A DNA stretch of 64,000 nt, taken from NCBI GenBank assembly GCA_951406725.2, contig OX597827.1:19964001-20028000 (forward strand), in the 5' to 3' direction. Of the stretch, positions 38,610 to 52,877 are shown piece by piece. The first letter of the stretch is position 1; every line of letters starts with the position of its first letter. This DNA is from Octopus vulgaris. Taxonomy: Eukaryota. A program made the translations under genes and the position numbers. The notes beneath the pieces were generated by a model that made no database searches, was not told the DNA's origin, and worked only from the letters and a program-made list of their open reading frames with translations.

Positions 38610-38920
38610 CTCATGGCTCAGTAGTTAGAGTGTCAGGCTCACGATCATGAGGTAGTGAGTTCAATTCATCGACCAGGCTGTGTGTTGTGTTCTTGAACAA
38701 GACACTTTATTTCACGTTGCTCTTTATTCCACTTGGCTGTAGAAACGTCACTGGTTCCTTCTTTGCCTTTCCCTTGGATAACATCGGTGGAGTGGCGAGG
38801 GGGGCTGGTATACATGGGCGACTGGTCTTCCCTAAACAACCTTGCCCAGACTTGTGCCTCGGAAGGTAACTTTCTAGGTGCAATCCCATGATCATTCATG
38901 ACCGAACAGGGTCTCTTTAC
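38610..38920 (+). mobile_element. tRNA-derived SINE family C
   Basis: Homologous to 58985-59323 (minus). Confidence 0.85.
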
Positions 38921-39091
38921 CAATAGTTTCATGCCATAGAGAAAGACTGTGTTTAGGTACATTTATATAATGTGGTTTTGTGTCTGCGAGCAATCTTCAG
39001 ACAAAAAAAACTATTATTAACTCTTATTTATTTACTGTAATATTGTATATGCATTAAACGATAGGAATATATATATATATATATATATATC

Positions 39092-39394
39092 ACTGTGACT
39101 GACCAGCCTATCAGTTGTTGTTACACATCGATGGTCACAATGCGCTTCGCATTGTTTTAGCCTCCAAATGACGCCACCCCGCTGGCTAAACGAGCAGGCC
39201 AATAGAAGAAAGACTGAGAGAAAGTTGTGGCGAAAGAGTACAGCAAGGATAGCCACCCACCCCCCCTGCCAGAGACTCGAGGAGCTTTAGGTATTTTCGC
39301 TCAACAAACACTCACAACGCCCAGTCTGGAAATTGAAACCGCGATCCTCCGACCGCGAGTTCGCTGCCCTAACCACTGGGCCATTGTACCTCCA
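39092..39394 (-). mobile_element. SINE family B variant (different 3' tail)
   Basis: Head tggcccagtggttagggcagcgaactcgcggtcgg on the minus strand. Confidence 0.8.
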
Positions 39395-39395
39395 C

Positions 39396-39461
<66 letters not shown>

Positions 39462-40954
39462 GCGCACACACCCTCGTGCGTGTGTGTGTGATGGTCATCT
39501 GCATATTGTCTTCTCCATTTCACTGCGACGATATTGGTGAATGGGGTGGTCGTCCAGTAAAAGCCATGTATGCAAGTTGCTGGCCAAAGGGATCGAAACC
39601 GATACTACTTACTATACGGGGGTCACGCGTTTCACACCCGCAAGCAAAAGCATTCATATGCTAACACCAATATTTAAACACACACACACACACACACACA
39701 TGCACACACATACACGTGTTTCCCTGGCTAAATACACCAGCACGCAGCGGCAAGTACCCGTGCGCACACTCGGTTATTTAGAGTGAGATAGAACGATACG
39801 GGTGCATAAAGGATGCACTGCTGCATTCACACTCACACACACACTCACACGCACACACACACTCACACTCACACACACTCACACACGCCCACACACACAC
39901 ACTCACACACACTCACACACACACATACACACACACACACACACACACTCATACACACACTCACTCATGCACACGCACACACACGCACACTCACACACAC
40001 ACTCACACACTCACACACTCTCACACACACACACTCACACACACTCACACACACTCACACACACACACACACAAACTCTCGACATGCACCAGCATGTTTA
40101 TGTCTTGTTGAAACACGACATTGACATACATACTCATGGAGCACGCGCACACACATACACACACACACACACGCGCGCAGATGAGAGAGAGAGAGGGAGG
40201 GAGAAGGGAGAGAGATGGGTGTGGAGTGCTGATCAACCAATAAATTCATTGCAAGTGGTTGATCGTCACCATGGTGACGGTAGGGGAAAGGAGGTGTAGG
40301 TTATTGGTTGTGGGTCGATAGAGTGTGACAAGTGGTGAAAGCTCACTCCCCCTTCAAGCTAAACCTACTCTTGCCGTTACCCTTCCTGGGTCTCAAACCC
40401 ATAACACAATTCATATACTCAGAACAGATTCCTCCTCCTCCTCCTCCTCTCATCTTCTAACATTCTAAACTGAAAATGAATTGCGCCAATCTTCAAATAA
40501 AACCCAGAATAAACGAAGCAGCGATGTTTGCTCTCCTCCATCCTCACCAAACACCAACACATTCTATGACGTCATGGGCCTAATGGTTAAAGCGCTGCCT
40601 TGCGATCATACGGTGGAAAGGTCGATTCCTGGTTTAGGTGATGAATGGCCTACTGTTTAGGGTGTTGCGCTCTCGATTGCAAGGTTGTAGTTTCAATTCC
40701 TGACCAGGTGTTACGTTGTGTTGTGTTTTTTTTTCCCCGTTGCTCCACTCCACTCAGATGTAAGTGGGCCAATCTGCGACGGACTGGCGTCCCGTCCAGG
40801 GGGAATGTTATCATCTCGGTCATTTATACGCCATGGAAGCTAGATAACTGTCCCTAGAACTCCTCGAACTTAAAACAGTAATATCCTGGAAGTGTTGATG
40901 ATGATGATGTGTCTTTAGGGCAAATCACTTCATTTCATGTTGCTCCACTGAAAT

Positions 40955-41425
40955 TCAATTTTTATTGGCTCAAAAAGCAAAAGCAAGGCCATGTAGGGGG
41001 ACAAGGAGTTATGTGCAAGGAGGGTGGTCATACAAAGAGTTCAGGCCATTTCTGATCAAGAGAGACTGAACCGAGCGGTCGTCGGCATCTTCACTATCTC
41101 GTCCGGCAGCTTATTCCACGGATCCGCAACCCGGATGGAGAAGGCCCCTCTCCTTCGATTGAGATGAAATCGTTGTAGATAGAGCTTTTCGGAGTGACCC
41201 CGCAGCCCACGCTCTGGAGCAGGAGTGAAGAACAGCTCTTTCGAGAGGTTACACTTTCCGCTTATGATGTTGTGAGCGAGAATAAGATCACCACGGCGTC
41301 GTCGTTTTTCTAGAGAATAAAGGTCGAGCGTCTTCAGCCTTTCTTCATATGACAAATGCTTGAGACCAAGAACCATGCGGGTAGCCAGCTTCTGGACTCT
41401 TTCGAGATGATGTATGTCTTTAAAG
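40955..41425 (-). mobile_element. CR1/L2-group LINE 3' end
   Basis: LSYEERLKTLDLYSLEKRRRRGDLI...RGHSEKL...RVADPWNKLP. Confidence 0.9.
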
Positions 41426-42184
41426 GATGACGCCTATTTCTGTTCTACTTTGGAGACTATTAGCCTAAAGTATTGTCAAGAAGTCAGCTTCCTTTGACGG
41501 CTTTTGAACGCAGGAGGATGATGATGTGGTGGTGATCAATGCTAACATTCCCAGTGTAACTAATCAAGCGATTCTAAGTAATTAACTTTGCACAACTGTT
41601 GCTATCTAACCTGGCGATGGGGGAGAGGGGTGGTATTGTTGTACTGACTCCTGTCAGCCCAGCTACAGCAAACCCGTGAAACTTAGTTTATTATTCGCAC
41701 TTGTCTTTGTTGTTATGGTTACGGCTGTTAATGCGTCGGATTCTTGAACAGAATCCCTTTTAGTGTTTATTCCGAGTCTCTACGTTCTAAATACAAATCC
41801 TGCCGAGGTCAGCTTTGGCGTTCACTCTTTGGGGGTTGATAAATAAAGTACCAATCCAGGACGGTGGGTTGTCTGAAATGTTAGGGCATCAGATGAGGTA
41901 CCTCGTGGTACTTGTTCCGGTTGTATGCAGTCTGAGTTAAAATTCCGCCCTGTCACCGAAAAACTGTGGCATTTCTGTCAAGAGTCGGGGAAGTCGCAGA
42001 GTCGGCAAAGTTACAGTAGTTTAAAGAAAAAAGTTGGTGATTTTACTTTGGCCTGATCTGAAGATCGATTGCTAACAGTTCTATCTTCCGGTCTAGGCTT
42101 CACCCATTCTCCTTCACAAAACATAAGTCAATTAAATAACCCTCCAATCTCATACAGCAATGAGCTGTACATCTTTCCTTAACA

Positions 42185-42363
42185 CAGTGCTTTTCAACCT
42201 TTTCGCTGGAGCGGAACCCCAAGGAAACATTCCACTGGCTCGAGGAACCCCTGTGCAATAATTTAATAGTCTTATGCACACATATCTGCACAGGAGAATT
42301 AAAAATTACTGCCGATTCTAGCAATTTTGTAACTTCTTGCGGAACCCTGGTTGAAAACCACTG
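42185..42363. mobile_element. hAT (Charlie-like) MITE
   Basis: TIR cagtg(c/g)ttttcaacc; TSD ccttaaca/ccttaacc (7 of 8). Confidence 0.88.
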
Positions 42364-42929
42364 CCTTAACCGACACTTTAACAGGAAGGGAGAACCGTTA
42401 CTGTCCTGGGACCATGAACAGACCGAGTCATCAAGTGAAAGCCACTTGAACCACTGGGTTACAAGGACAAGGTTTCTAGAGCGGAAAATCATCCGGTTGT
42501 CACAACCTCTACTTTGAAAACTCTTCAAAATCTGGGCGCCAGTCCGTCACGAATTTAATCCAAACAGCTACTGCTGCTGCTGCTGATGATGATGATGCTA
42601 CTCCTGTTGCTGCTGCTACTCATATTCTGCTGAGTGTACTGAAGCCACATAAAGTTAAGTACCCTTCTCAAAGATAACTACGCGTCACGCGGTCCAGGGA
42701 TCGAACTCATGACATCACCATTGTGAACTCAACATCGGAAACACTTGACCTGCGATCTTACAAAGAGGGCATCACCCCACAAGTGAGAAGGTTGAAGCAT
42801 TCAAGTTGTTCTCTTAGATGAACTTAGCCCCGCCTTTGATTATGGCCCTGGTTTTATGTGAGATTGTTGAAACAGGTTGAATCTCTTCCTAATCGTTGCT
42901 TACAAGGAGAGACTCGAGGCCAAGAATAG

Positions 42930-44330
42930 ACTGAAGGAAGGAAAAGATACTGGGCCTGATGAAATTCAGCTTAGTTATCAAGAGGTGAAATCTGAATGAA
43001 ATATGTTTTGTGAATAAGCTGTTGCAGAACCAGTAAAGCCCAGATTGACTTGATACCAATCCGATAGTCAGGAAACCTCGGCAATGAAACTAACGACTGA
43101 AGAATTGCACTGTCCAATATCTCACTCAAAGTCATCAATCGAATGATCCTCAACAGGATTCAACCGCTGCTTGATAGCCATCTGAGACCAAATCAAAATG
43201 TATTTAGACCAGGGAGATCCACAACATCTCAGATCTTAGCCCCGAGGTGTATCATAGAATGAGTTAAATCAAGACAACTACCTGCCATTATAACCTACGT
43301 GGACTTCAGCAAAGCGTTTGACAGCATCCATCGATACAAAATGTTGGAGATCCTTCGAGCATATGGCATTCCAGAAGTACAAGTTCTTGTCATTGCAAGG
43401 CCCTACGAGAAGACCAGAACTCGCGTGTTGTCATGTGACGGAGAAACGGAATGAATTCTCTCAAATATTAGCTGGGCTGTTACAAGGAGATACGCTTGGA
43501 CCTTATTTGTTTGCAATTATATTGGATTATGCAATGTGGCAGGCTATAAGCAACAGTAGCGAAGACCTTGGTTTAACCATAGGCCGGCAAATATCGAGGG
43601 GTGTAGCAGCAGTAACCATCGCAGATGATATAGCACTCATATCTAATGGCATAGATCAAGCCTACCAGCTGCTCAGCAGAGTAGAAACATCAGCTGCAAA
43701 GATAGGAGTGCACACAAATGTCAAGAGAATGGAGTACGTGACTTTCAACCAATCAAGTGATGCTGAACTGTTTGCTTTGAGCAGTTCCAAACTGAATGAT
43801 GCTGAAGACTTCAAGTACTTAGGTGGTTAGGTGAGGAATTTGGAAGCAGACAAGATTAGGAAGGCCCAAGCATGGGCAGCCTGTCACAAGCTAAAGGAGG
43901 CCCGGAACTCCAAATTGCCCGGACAAATCAAAATGAAGCTGTTCATTACGACTATCAAATCAGTGCTTATTATATGGCAGCGAAAGGTGGACACTGACAA
44001 AGGACTTCTCAAATGGGCTGAATGGATGCTACATAAGGATGTTATGAATGACTCTGAATGTGAAATGGCAGCAACATATAACAAATGAATGCCTTTATGG
44101 AGACCTTCCGAAAGATAGCAACGAGATCAGGCAAAGACGACTTCGACTATCTGGTCACCGCGTACGCCATCTTAAACTGGAAGCATCGGAATTAGTCTTG
44201 TGGAACCGACTTCATGGTGATGTAAGAAGAGGAAAACGATGTCACGCTAACATTGACACAACTTGATTGCAGACCCTGGCCTGGAATGTATGGAGGACCT
44301 CTAGGCAGTGGTGATAGACCGAGAAGTGTG
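42930..44330 (+). mobile_element. Degenerate RTE-clade LINE RT
   Basis: GPDEI, QN.FRPGRST, YVDFSKAFDSIHR, LLQGDTLGPYLF, ADDIAL, FKYLG, RRLRLSGH. Confidence 0.9.
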
Positions 44331-44377
44331 ACGGGTATGCTCTGTTGCTGTGGCCTGGGTTGAAACCCGGCCATAGA

Positions 44378-44780
44378 AAGGCTGAAGACGCTCGACCTTT
44401 ATTCTCTAGAAAAACGACGACGCCGTGGTGATCTCATTCCTGCTCACAACATCATAAGCGGAAAGTGTAACCTCTCGAAAGAGCTGTTCTTCACTCCTGC
44501 CCCAGAGCGTCGGCTGCGGGGTCACTCCGAAAAGCTCTATCTGCGACGATTTCATCTCAATCGAAGGAGAGGGGATTTCTCCGTCCGGGTTGCGGATCCG
44601 TGGAATAAGCTGCCGGACGAGATAGTGAAGATGCCGACGACCGCTCGGTTCAAAGTCTCTCTTGACCAGAAATGGCCTGAACTCTTTATATGACCATCCT
44701 CCTTGTACATAACTCCCTGTCCCCCTACATGGCCTTGCTTTTTGCTTTTTGAGCCAAAAAATTAACTAACTAACTAACTA
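44378..44780 (+). mobile_element. CR1/L2-group LINE 3' end, (TAAC)n tail
   Basis: Near-identical to 160-420 and to the reverse complement of 40955-41425. Confidence 0.9.
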
Positions 44781-46042
44781 GTAGATAAAAATATGACCTT
44801 GGGGTAATAGGTGAAACGTAGAATTCATTGTTAATTAGAAGGAGGACCGTAGGCTAGCCACCTGGTGGCTTATGTTTAACAGAGACCTGGAGAGTGGGAC
44901 AACCACCAAGTGGCGCATGTCTAAAAGGAAGGTGGAATGTTGGAGATGCGGTCGTCACATGACATCTGTCAGTGGAAAAGAAGCCGAGGCGATTAGGAAA
45001 TTGGATACAGTTCTAGTAGATTGATGGAAAGGAGCTAAGAGGGTAAGGTAATGACTAGCTAGGCAGGTGGATTGATAGATAGTTAGATAGATAGATAGGT
45101 AGGTAGATAGGCATATAGGTGGGTGAGGTAGGTAGAGTCGTTGGTAGAGAGATTGGTGTGTCGGGGTAGATTAATGGGAAGTGTTGTAGGTAAGAAGGTA
45201 AGTTATAAATAGATAGGTGTGTAAGTAGAAAGGAAGTTGGCGGTGAGTGGGAGAGAAAGTAGCATCGAAACCCGTTATTGATGCTGTTCGGGAATCTCTG
45301 CAACATCATCTTCCATCATGATCATCATCATCATCAGCAGCAGCAGCAGCAGCACTGTCGTCGTGATCATCGTCATCACCATCATTATCATCAGCAGCAG
45401 CAGCACCACAACAATCAATTAATACTCATATTGCTACTGTTGCTTTTGCTGCCAAGAACCTCCCCCCCTCACCAACACCCTCCTCCCACAACAAATATCT
45501 CTTAGACTTCACTAATAACTCGGCGACGATCGAAACACTAAACATCTTCCATCCACCCCACCCCCACCATTCATCTCCCACCGCACCACCGCTACAACCA
45601 CCTACCCCCACCAATACTACCGCCACCACCACTACAACCGCCACCACCTCCTCCATCATCACAACCAACCACCGCCTCCTCCTTCAGAACAACCACCACT
45701 ACTATTACCACCATCACCACCATCACCAATACCACTACCACCAACACCACCACCACCACCAACACCACCACCACCATCATTAGTACCAGTCACTGAGTGC
45801 CAAAAATTCTTTGTTACATTTAAATATTCTGTTACACAGTTTCCGACATGTTTGCCCCTCCCCTTCCTCACTCACAACCAACACCACAATGCACTCCCCA
45901 CCGACTCTGACACCACTGAACTACTCCACTATCACACAACTGCAACAGCTGCCACCTTCACACACACACACACACATACACACACATGACCACCACTTAT
46001 ATAACTATTTTGATGATCTCTGCTTATTCGCATACAAATTGT

Positions 46043-46350
46043 GTTACATGGTTCCGGGTTCAGTCCCACTGCGTGGCACCTTGGGCAAGTGTCTTCTACG
46101 ATAGCCTCGGGCCGACCAAAGCCTTGTGAGTGGATTTGGTTGACGGAAACTGAAAGAAGCCTGTCGTATATATATATATATATATATAAATATATATGCG
46201 TGTGTGTGTTTGTGTGTTTGTGTTTGTCCCCATAGCATTGCTTGACAACCGATGCTGGTGTGTTTATGTCCCCGTCCCGGGGTCGAGTTGCTCGATTAAA
46301 GGCGGTGCTCCAGCATGGCCGCAGTCAAATGGCTGAAACAAGTAAAAGAA
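46043..46350 (+). mobile_element. SINE family A, truncated and internally deleted
   Basis: atgtccccgt joins directly to cccggggtcga. Confidence 0.85.
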
Positions 46351-46385
46351 TATATATATGTAATTATATACACACACACACACAC

Positions 46386-46600
46386 AAGGAGGTGCAGAAA
46401 AGTTCCTGCCTTTGGGTAAAAGAAAACAAGAGGATCAGTTAATTATGATTTTATTCAATATAGTCCCCTCTCAGATTCACACACTTACTGCAGCAGTCCT
46501 TCAGTTTTTCTGAGCCCTGTAAAAAGAACTCGGCAGGTCGGACCTCCAGCCAGGCCTTTCACGATATTCTTAAAGCCAGGAACTTTTCAGCACGACCTCC
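46386..46600. mobile_element. mariner-type MITE
   Basis: Imperfect TIRs ggaggtgcagaaaagttcctg / caggaacttttcagcacgacctcc; interior resembles a mariner 3' end. Confidence 0.7.
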
Positions 46601-46727
46601 TATGGGTGTGGGTGAGTGTGCATGCGCGCGCATGTATAAAGAAACAAACTAAGGAAAAGAATTCCTTCAAAGACGTGTGTAAAACATCCAATTCACTGGT
46701 AAATATGGATATAATGCAAATTACAAA

Positions 46728-47380
46728 TAATAAATTAAATAGATACAATTGACAATTCAATATTTTATATTGTAATTTAACATAATATATTATGAATATA
46801 ATTAATATAACGTAAATAATTATTAAAAAACAAAAAACCGACAATTTATTTCGACTTATATACATTTTTTGATTTATAAACAATACAATTCACTTATATA
46901 AGTCTCATCAGAGCCAATGACTTAAAGATAGACGAAATTCCGTGTGAAAATTAATTCAAATGCCTATGTATCATGAGCGTGAGCATTGAATTTTTTAACT
47001 ACATAGCAATTACAATTAAAAAGCAACAAAATTATAATGTACAAAATAATTAAGTCACAAAATAATCACTTTCAATAAATAGAAGAGTTCTCACGCTCAT
47101 GATACATAGGCATTTAAATTAATGTTTTTACGATCCAGCCGTCCTTTCACACGGAATTTCGTCCATCATTAAGCCATTGGCTCTGATGAGACTTATATAA
47201 GTGAACTGAATTGTTCTTATAGCAAAAAATTGTATATAAGTCGAAACAAAATGTTGGCTTTTCTTTTGGTTTTTTAATAATTGTTCATGTTATATCATAT
47301 TATATTCATAGTATATTATGTTATATTATGATATAAATAAATTATTGGATTGTCAGTTGCATCTCTCTATTTAATTTATT
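46728..47380. repeat. Foldback element, ~260-bp arms each carrying a hammerhead motif
   Basis: Arms ~46728-46985 and ~47090-47380; hammerheads at 46836-46915 (-) and 47179-47259 (+). Confidence 0.85.
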
Positions 47381-47431
47381 ATATATACAATATTATATAT
47401 ACAATATATATACATACAATATATATATATA

Positions 47432-47477
<46 letters not shown>

Positions 47478-47478
47478 G

Positions 47479-47532
<54 letters not shown>

Positions 47533-47838
47533 TAGTTTCCTGTTCCGTTGATGTAAGATCAGCAAAAAAGTACTTCATCCAACGAAAGATGGTAGTCATT
47601 TAATGTACACAGTATTTAAAATAAGAGGAGCTATTAACAGTTTCTTGCTATTAAGATACGGTTTTTATAACGTGCAGTGTGTCTCTAAGCAATCTTCAGC
47701 CTGCCTGGACACGTGTCTTAATGGCAACAAACTATTAGTAGCTAGTATTTTAATACAGTATACGTTAAATGATGTGTGTGTATGCGTGTGAGTGTGTGTG
47801 TGTGTTGAGCATGTGCATATGTTAGTGGTTAGGTAGAT

Positions 47839-48039
47839 CAGTGGTTTTCAACCAGGGTTCCGCCAGTACAGTCCAGGGGTTCCGCAAGAAGTTACAAAAC
47901 TGCTAAAATCGGCAGTAATTTTTAATTCCCCTGTGCAGATATGTGTGCATAAGACTATTAAATTATTACACAGGGGTTCCTCGAGCCAGTGGAATGCTTC
48001 CTTGGGGTTCCGCTCCAGCAAAAAGTTTGAAAAGCACTG
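47839..48039. mobile_element. hAT (Charlie-like) MITE, TSD AGGTAGAT
   Basis: TIRs plus exact 8-bp TSD; inverted relative to the 42185 copy. Confidence 0.92.
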
Positions 48040-48208
48040 AGGTAGATAAATATATAGAAAGATAAATTTATTGCCAGTTTAAAGAGGAAGTGGTGACCAT
48101 TTATTTTAGATGGAATTTAGAGCTGGAATAAATCTAATCCCTTCCATTTATGTGTGACTCAATAGTATATGACATGCCTTCCCTTGTTGCCTACATCGTG
48201 AGCAAATA

Positions 48209-48618
48209 TGGCGCAGGAGTGGCTGTGTGGTAAGTAGCTTGCCTACCAACCACATGGTTCCGGGTTCAGTCCCACTGCGTGGCACCTTGGGCAAGTGTCT
48301 TCTACTATAGCCTCGGGCCGACCAAAGCCTTGTGAGTGGATTTGGTAGACGGAAACTGAAAGAAGCCCGTCGTATGTATGTATATATATATATGTGTGTG
48401 TGCGTGTATGTTTGTGTATCTGTGTTTGTCCCACCCCCACCATTGCTTGACAACCGATGCTGGTGTGTTTATGTCCCCGTAACTTAGCGGTTCGGCAAAA
48501 GTGACCGATAGAATAAGTACTGGGCTTACAAAGAATAAATCCCGGGGTCGATTTGCTCGACTAAAGGCGGTGCTCCAGCATGGCCGCAGTCAAATGACTG
48601 AAACAAGTAAAAGAGTAA
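48209..48618 (+). mobile_element. SINE family A, full length
   Basis: Complete head and tail. Confidence 0.92.
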
Positions 48619-49017
48619 GGGTATCTCTCCGTACCCCCACCCAATCCTTGAATCAGAGGGCCAGCCATTATGTGACAGCCGCAGGGAGAGAAGGAGTACT
48701 TACAAGAAAGATTACCTACAAGATGTAGTACCCAGCAGAAGTTGATACTCGTTTTCAGTAGAGTAGACTGGATCAAAGTGAAACAAGGTTAGTTGGTGAG
48801 CAGCATAATGCGCTGTTTGAACGACAATTTAAGGAGGAAGGGAGTGCGAAGGGAAAGTTGTTGTTAAGGTGTGTGTAAGCATGAATAGGTTCGGACACAG
48901 CTGGTCTCTACCTATGCATTGCGCATCATATATGGATTTAAAAGAAATTCTTACAAGACACTTACATTTATTAACTACTTTATCTAGCTATCTATTTATC
49001 TATCTACTTCTACACAC

Positions 49018-49079
<62 letters not shown>

Positions 49080-49697
49080 TATTAACCGGTGTTGTCCAAA
49101 CGAAGAATAGCTTTGTGTAAACCATGGTCCGTTTTGTTCTCTTACTTTATTATCATCTTATAATCATCTCATAATAATGACTTTTATGACTCGTATTACT
49201 ACCTCAGTCAATCTAAATGTATATATTTGTCGTTACCTGTCATAAATAGCCTTTATTTATTTGCAATGTGCATTTTCGTTGATTTTTCATATTTTACCCT
49301 TACATTTCCACGTGTATTTTATATTTTCTTTTCGTAACATATTTCTACTATATATATATATATAAATGAATTTTATACACGACTCTGAAGAGTTGCCGTT
49401 CGGTTAAAATATCAGTATAATGATACCTCAGGAATCTATAGTATATATTATATAATAATATAGCAATACTCTTGAGATCAAAATCGAAGAAACAATTGTA
49501 AATTAATTTAAAACGACTGGCTCACTCCGTTGTCCTTGTGAATAATTATATATGCATTCATACATGCATGCATACATACATACATACATACATACATACA
49601 TACATACATGCATAATGGAGCCTTGTATCTTGATTGGAAACTGACTCACTCCTCAGTGGAAGATATATAGTAATAAAAAAAAATAGAAGAGACATAC

Positions 49698-49742
<45 letters not shown>

Positions 49743-50206
49743 CATGAACAAACACACACACATGCATAACGAACGCTGAATAGTGTCGATTGGATGAGAG
49801 GTGGGTGCTCAATACAAGTAGAGTAAAAGTTTTACTAAAACCGAACTTTCATTTCACGACTTAAATTTCGCATCATTTGTTCTCGCCTGAAGATCACAAT
49901 GGCGTGAAACTCGAGGTCGGAAGATAAAAATTCTGTTTCATTAATGTGTGTGTGTGTACATGTATGTATGTATGTTTGTATGCATGTATGTAGTCACTCT
50001 TCAGGCTTCAGTCCATTTTTCTTCGCCTGTTATTCTTTATCTCTGCTGCTGTTCTACTCCCACTCACTTCTAATTCGCTTCTCTGCTATATTTCTTGCCT
50101 CCATCACTTCTTCCATTTTCTCTTCACATTTCATCGATATACGCTAAGTTGTGTTTATATCTCGTGATTTTATATGCACTCGGTACGTTTGTGTTTACAT
50201 TCAATG

Positions 50207-50253
<47 letters not shown>

Positions 50254-51821
50254 ATGTGTGTGTGTTTGTATGTATTATGTGTATATGTTTATATCTATAT
50301 ATATATATTGTGTGTGTGTGTGCATATAAGTACTTTGTGTGTATATTCCTTTTGAGGTATAAACTATTGGAATCTATGTCACAAATAAAGAGAAGTGGGG
50401 TGGAGGGACGGTGAAGGTGAACGAGAGAAAAACAGAGAGGGGGGGAGTGAAAAAGAGAGACTTTGGAATCCTGGCAGCTTTTAAATGTCATTGAATTTTA
50501 GCAAGTTTCTCCTGACTACTTTCCCAGCTGTTCGTCTAGACACCACCACCACTACCACCACCAACAGCGCTACCTACTGGTAACATCACTACTATTAGTA
50601 CTTTTACTGCTAGGCATACTACAACTCTACCAACTCCATCTACCTGGTCGCTCGATCTGCCAATAATGACAGCCAAATCTTCCTCAACTCAAACCTCTAC
50701 CATCTGGAACAATGAAAGATAATTTCGTGCAAGGTAGCGTTGAAAAGACGGGAGGGTCGTGGCTGGAATGCTTTTGATTATAAGTGTTTTGGGTCAGGGT
50801 TAGTGTGAGACTAAACATGAATTACTGCAACAACAAAAGCGACAAATGCTACCACACTAACACTCATACCAACACCACAAATGCCATCGCCGCCGCCGCC
50901 ACCACCAGCAACAGTACCCTTACCAATTCATAGATTTTATTTATTTTATATTAATCTGATATACATCAGTGTGTGTGTGTGTACAAACGTATTAGGGTAA
51001 ACAGGATCGGAAGAAAGACTACTCGATACCTAAGTCAAGTTTTATATTTATTGAAGTTGCCACGTTACATCACGAACCAAAATTTCCCGTCTCCGATCTG
51101 CAGACAAAATACGAAGAGTTTCACGTGAAATCCGTTATTTTGAATATCAAATCAGTTTAGTCACTAACAAACATTTTAATTGAAGTCAGGAAAGAAAAAA
51201 GTGAAAGATAAAGGAGTACAAAATATAGTTATGATGGCGGGGGGGTTCTACAGGTGGGGTTTGGAGCGGGGTTTCTACAGGCTCACTTTCTGACAGTTCT
51301 AACTAAAACTGAAAAAAACATCGTTTGCCATATTTGAATATTTATTTCTTTATCGCTTACATTTCATAATCATAAATTTTCATTCTTTTACCTTTCACTT
51401 TTTTGTCTTTACAAGTATTTCTGTGCGTCCCACCAAAAGTCGCCTTTCTACTTAGTCTTCTTAATACATTTAAGGAATTTTTATATCATACTTTATATTG
51501 TGAGTTGCGAATCGTGAAGTTTAAACTCACACACACACACACACATATATATACATACATATATCAATCAAGTCCTATTCAAAACATATTAATTTGAGCC
51601 ATGAACTCCTTATCAACATGGGGTAAGCTTCAAACACTAGTCAGAAGCAAGACAGTTGCAACATAAGCCATGTCTTTCTATTTGAACTTTTTTGAAAATC
51701 AGTGGAAACTGTGAAACCGGTTAAAGCTTTAAATATTAAAATAAAAAGTATTTTAACTATTCTCAATGTATTTTCAACTTCTAATTTTCCCATATGTATG
51801 TATATATGCATATATATATAT

Positions 51822-52246
51822 AGGCGTAGGAGTGGCTGTGTGGTAGGTAGCTTGCTTACCAACCACATGGTTCCGAGTTCAGTCCCACTGCGTGGCACCT
51901 TGAGCAAGTGTCTTCTACTATAGCCTCAGGCCAACCAAAGCCTTGTGAGTGGATTTGGTAGACGGAAACTGAAAGAAGCCCGTCATATATATATATATAT
52001 GTGTGTGTGTATGTGTGTGTGTGTGTGTGTGTGTTTGTGTGTCTGTGTTTGTCCCTCCAACATCGCTTGACAACGGATGCTGGTGTGTTTACGTCACCGT
52101 AACTTAGCGGTTCGGCAAAAGAGCCCGATAGAATAAGTACTAGGCTTACAAAGAATAAGTCCTGTGGTCGATTTGCTTGACTAATGGCGGTGCTCCAGCA
52201 TGGCCGCAGTCAAAATGACAAACAAGTAAAAGAGTAAAAGAGAGTA
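51822..52246 (+). mobile_element. SINE family A, full length
   Basis: Complete head and tail. Confidence 0.92.
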
Positions 52247-52877
52247 TATATATGTATGTATATTATATTAACTACCACAGTTTAGGGATAGAGTATTTGT
52301 CCCAAGGGTAGCTCAGTGGGATCGAACCCGGAACTAAATAGTTACAAAGCAATCTTCTTAACCTCTCAGCCATGTCTGCATCACCGAGATAAAAGAAACA
52401 CGGTTGTAGATGAGTCGAACAATTGTTGTTGCCTTTCGCGTTGGATGTTTTATTTGATCGTTCAAGAATTCTCTTAAACCAAAATAAGAACAATTATTTC
52501 CTGCTTAAGGTCACAATTTTGGGCTGAGCTAATTAATTAAATTGACCCTTGTATATGCGGGTGTCTTATTTTATCGACTTGAAAACGATGAACGGTAAAA
52601 GTGTCAACTACGGCAAATATATCGTCAAGCGCTCTCATCAATCTTCCATTCCAGAGAACTCACAATCTTAATAATCGTTTCCAAGAGAAGTAAAAGGCAA
52701 AAAATGTGAGGAAAGGAGTAATTCGATTAACCTCGGTACTTCACTGCTACTTTATTCTATTGATACTAGAACTCGTTGAAAGTAAACCTTCCTAGCATTT
52801 GAACTCAGAAAGTAAAAAGCCGAATCAAATACCGCAAGCCATTTTCTCCGTCTTCCTAACCATACTTTCATTAATTG

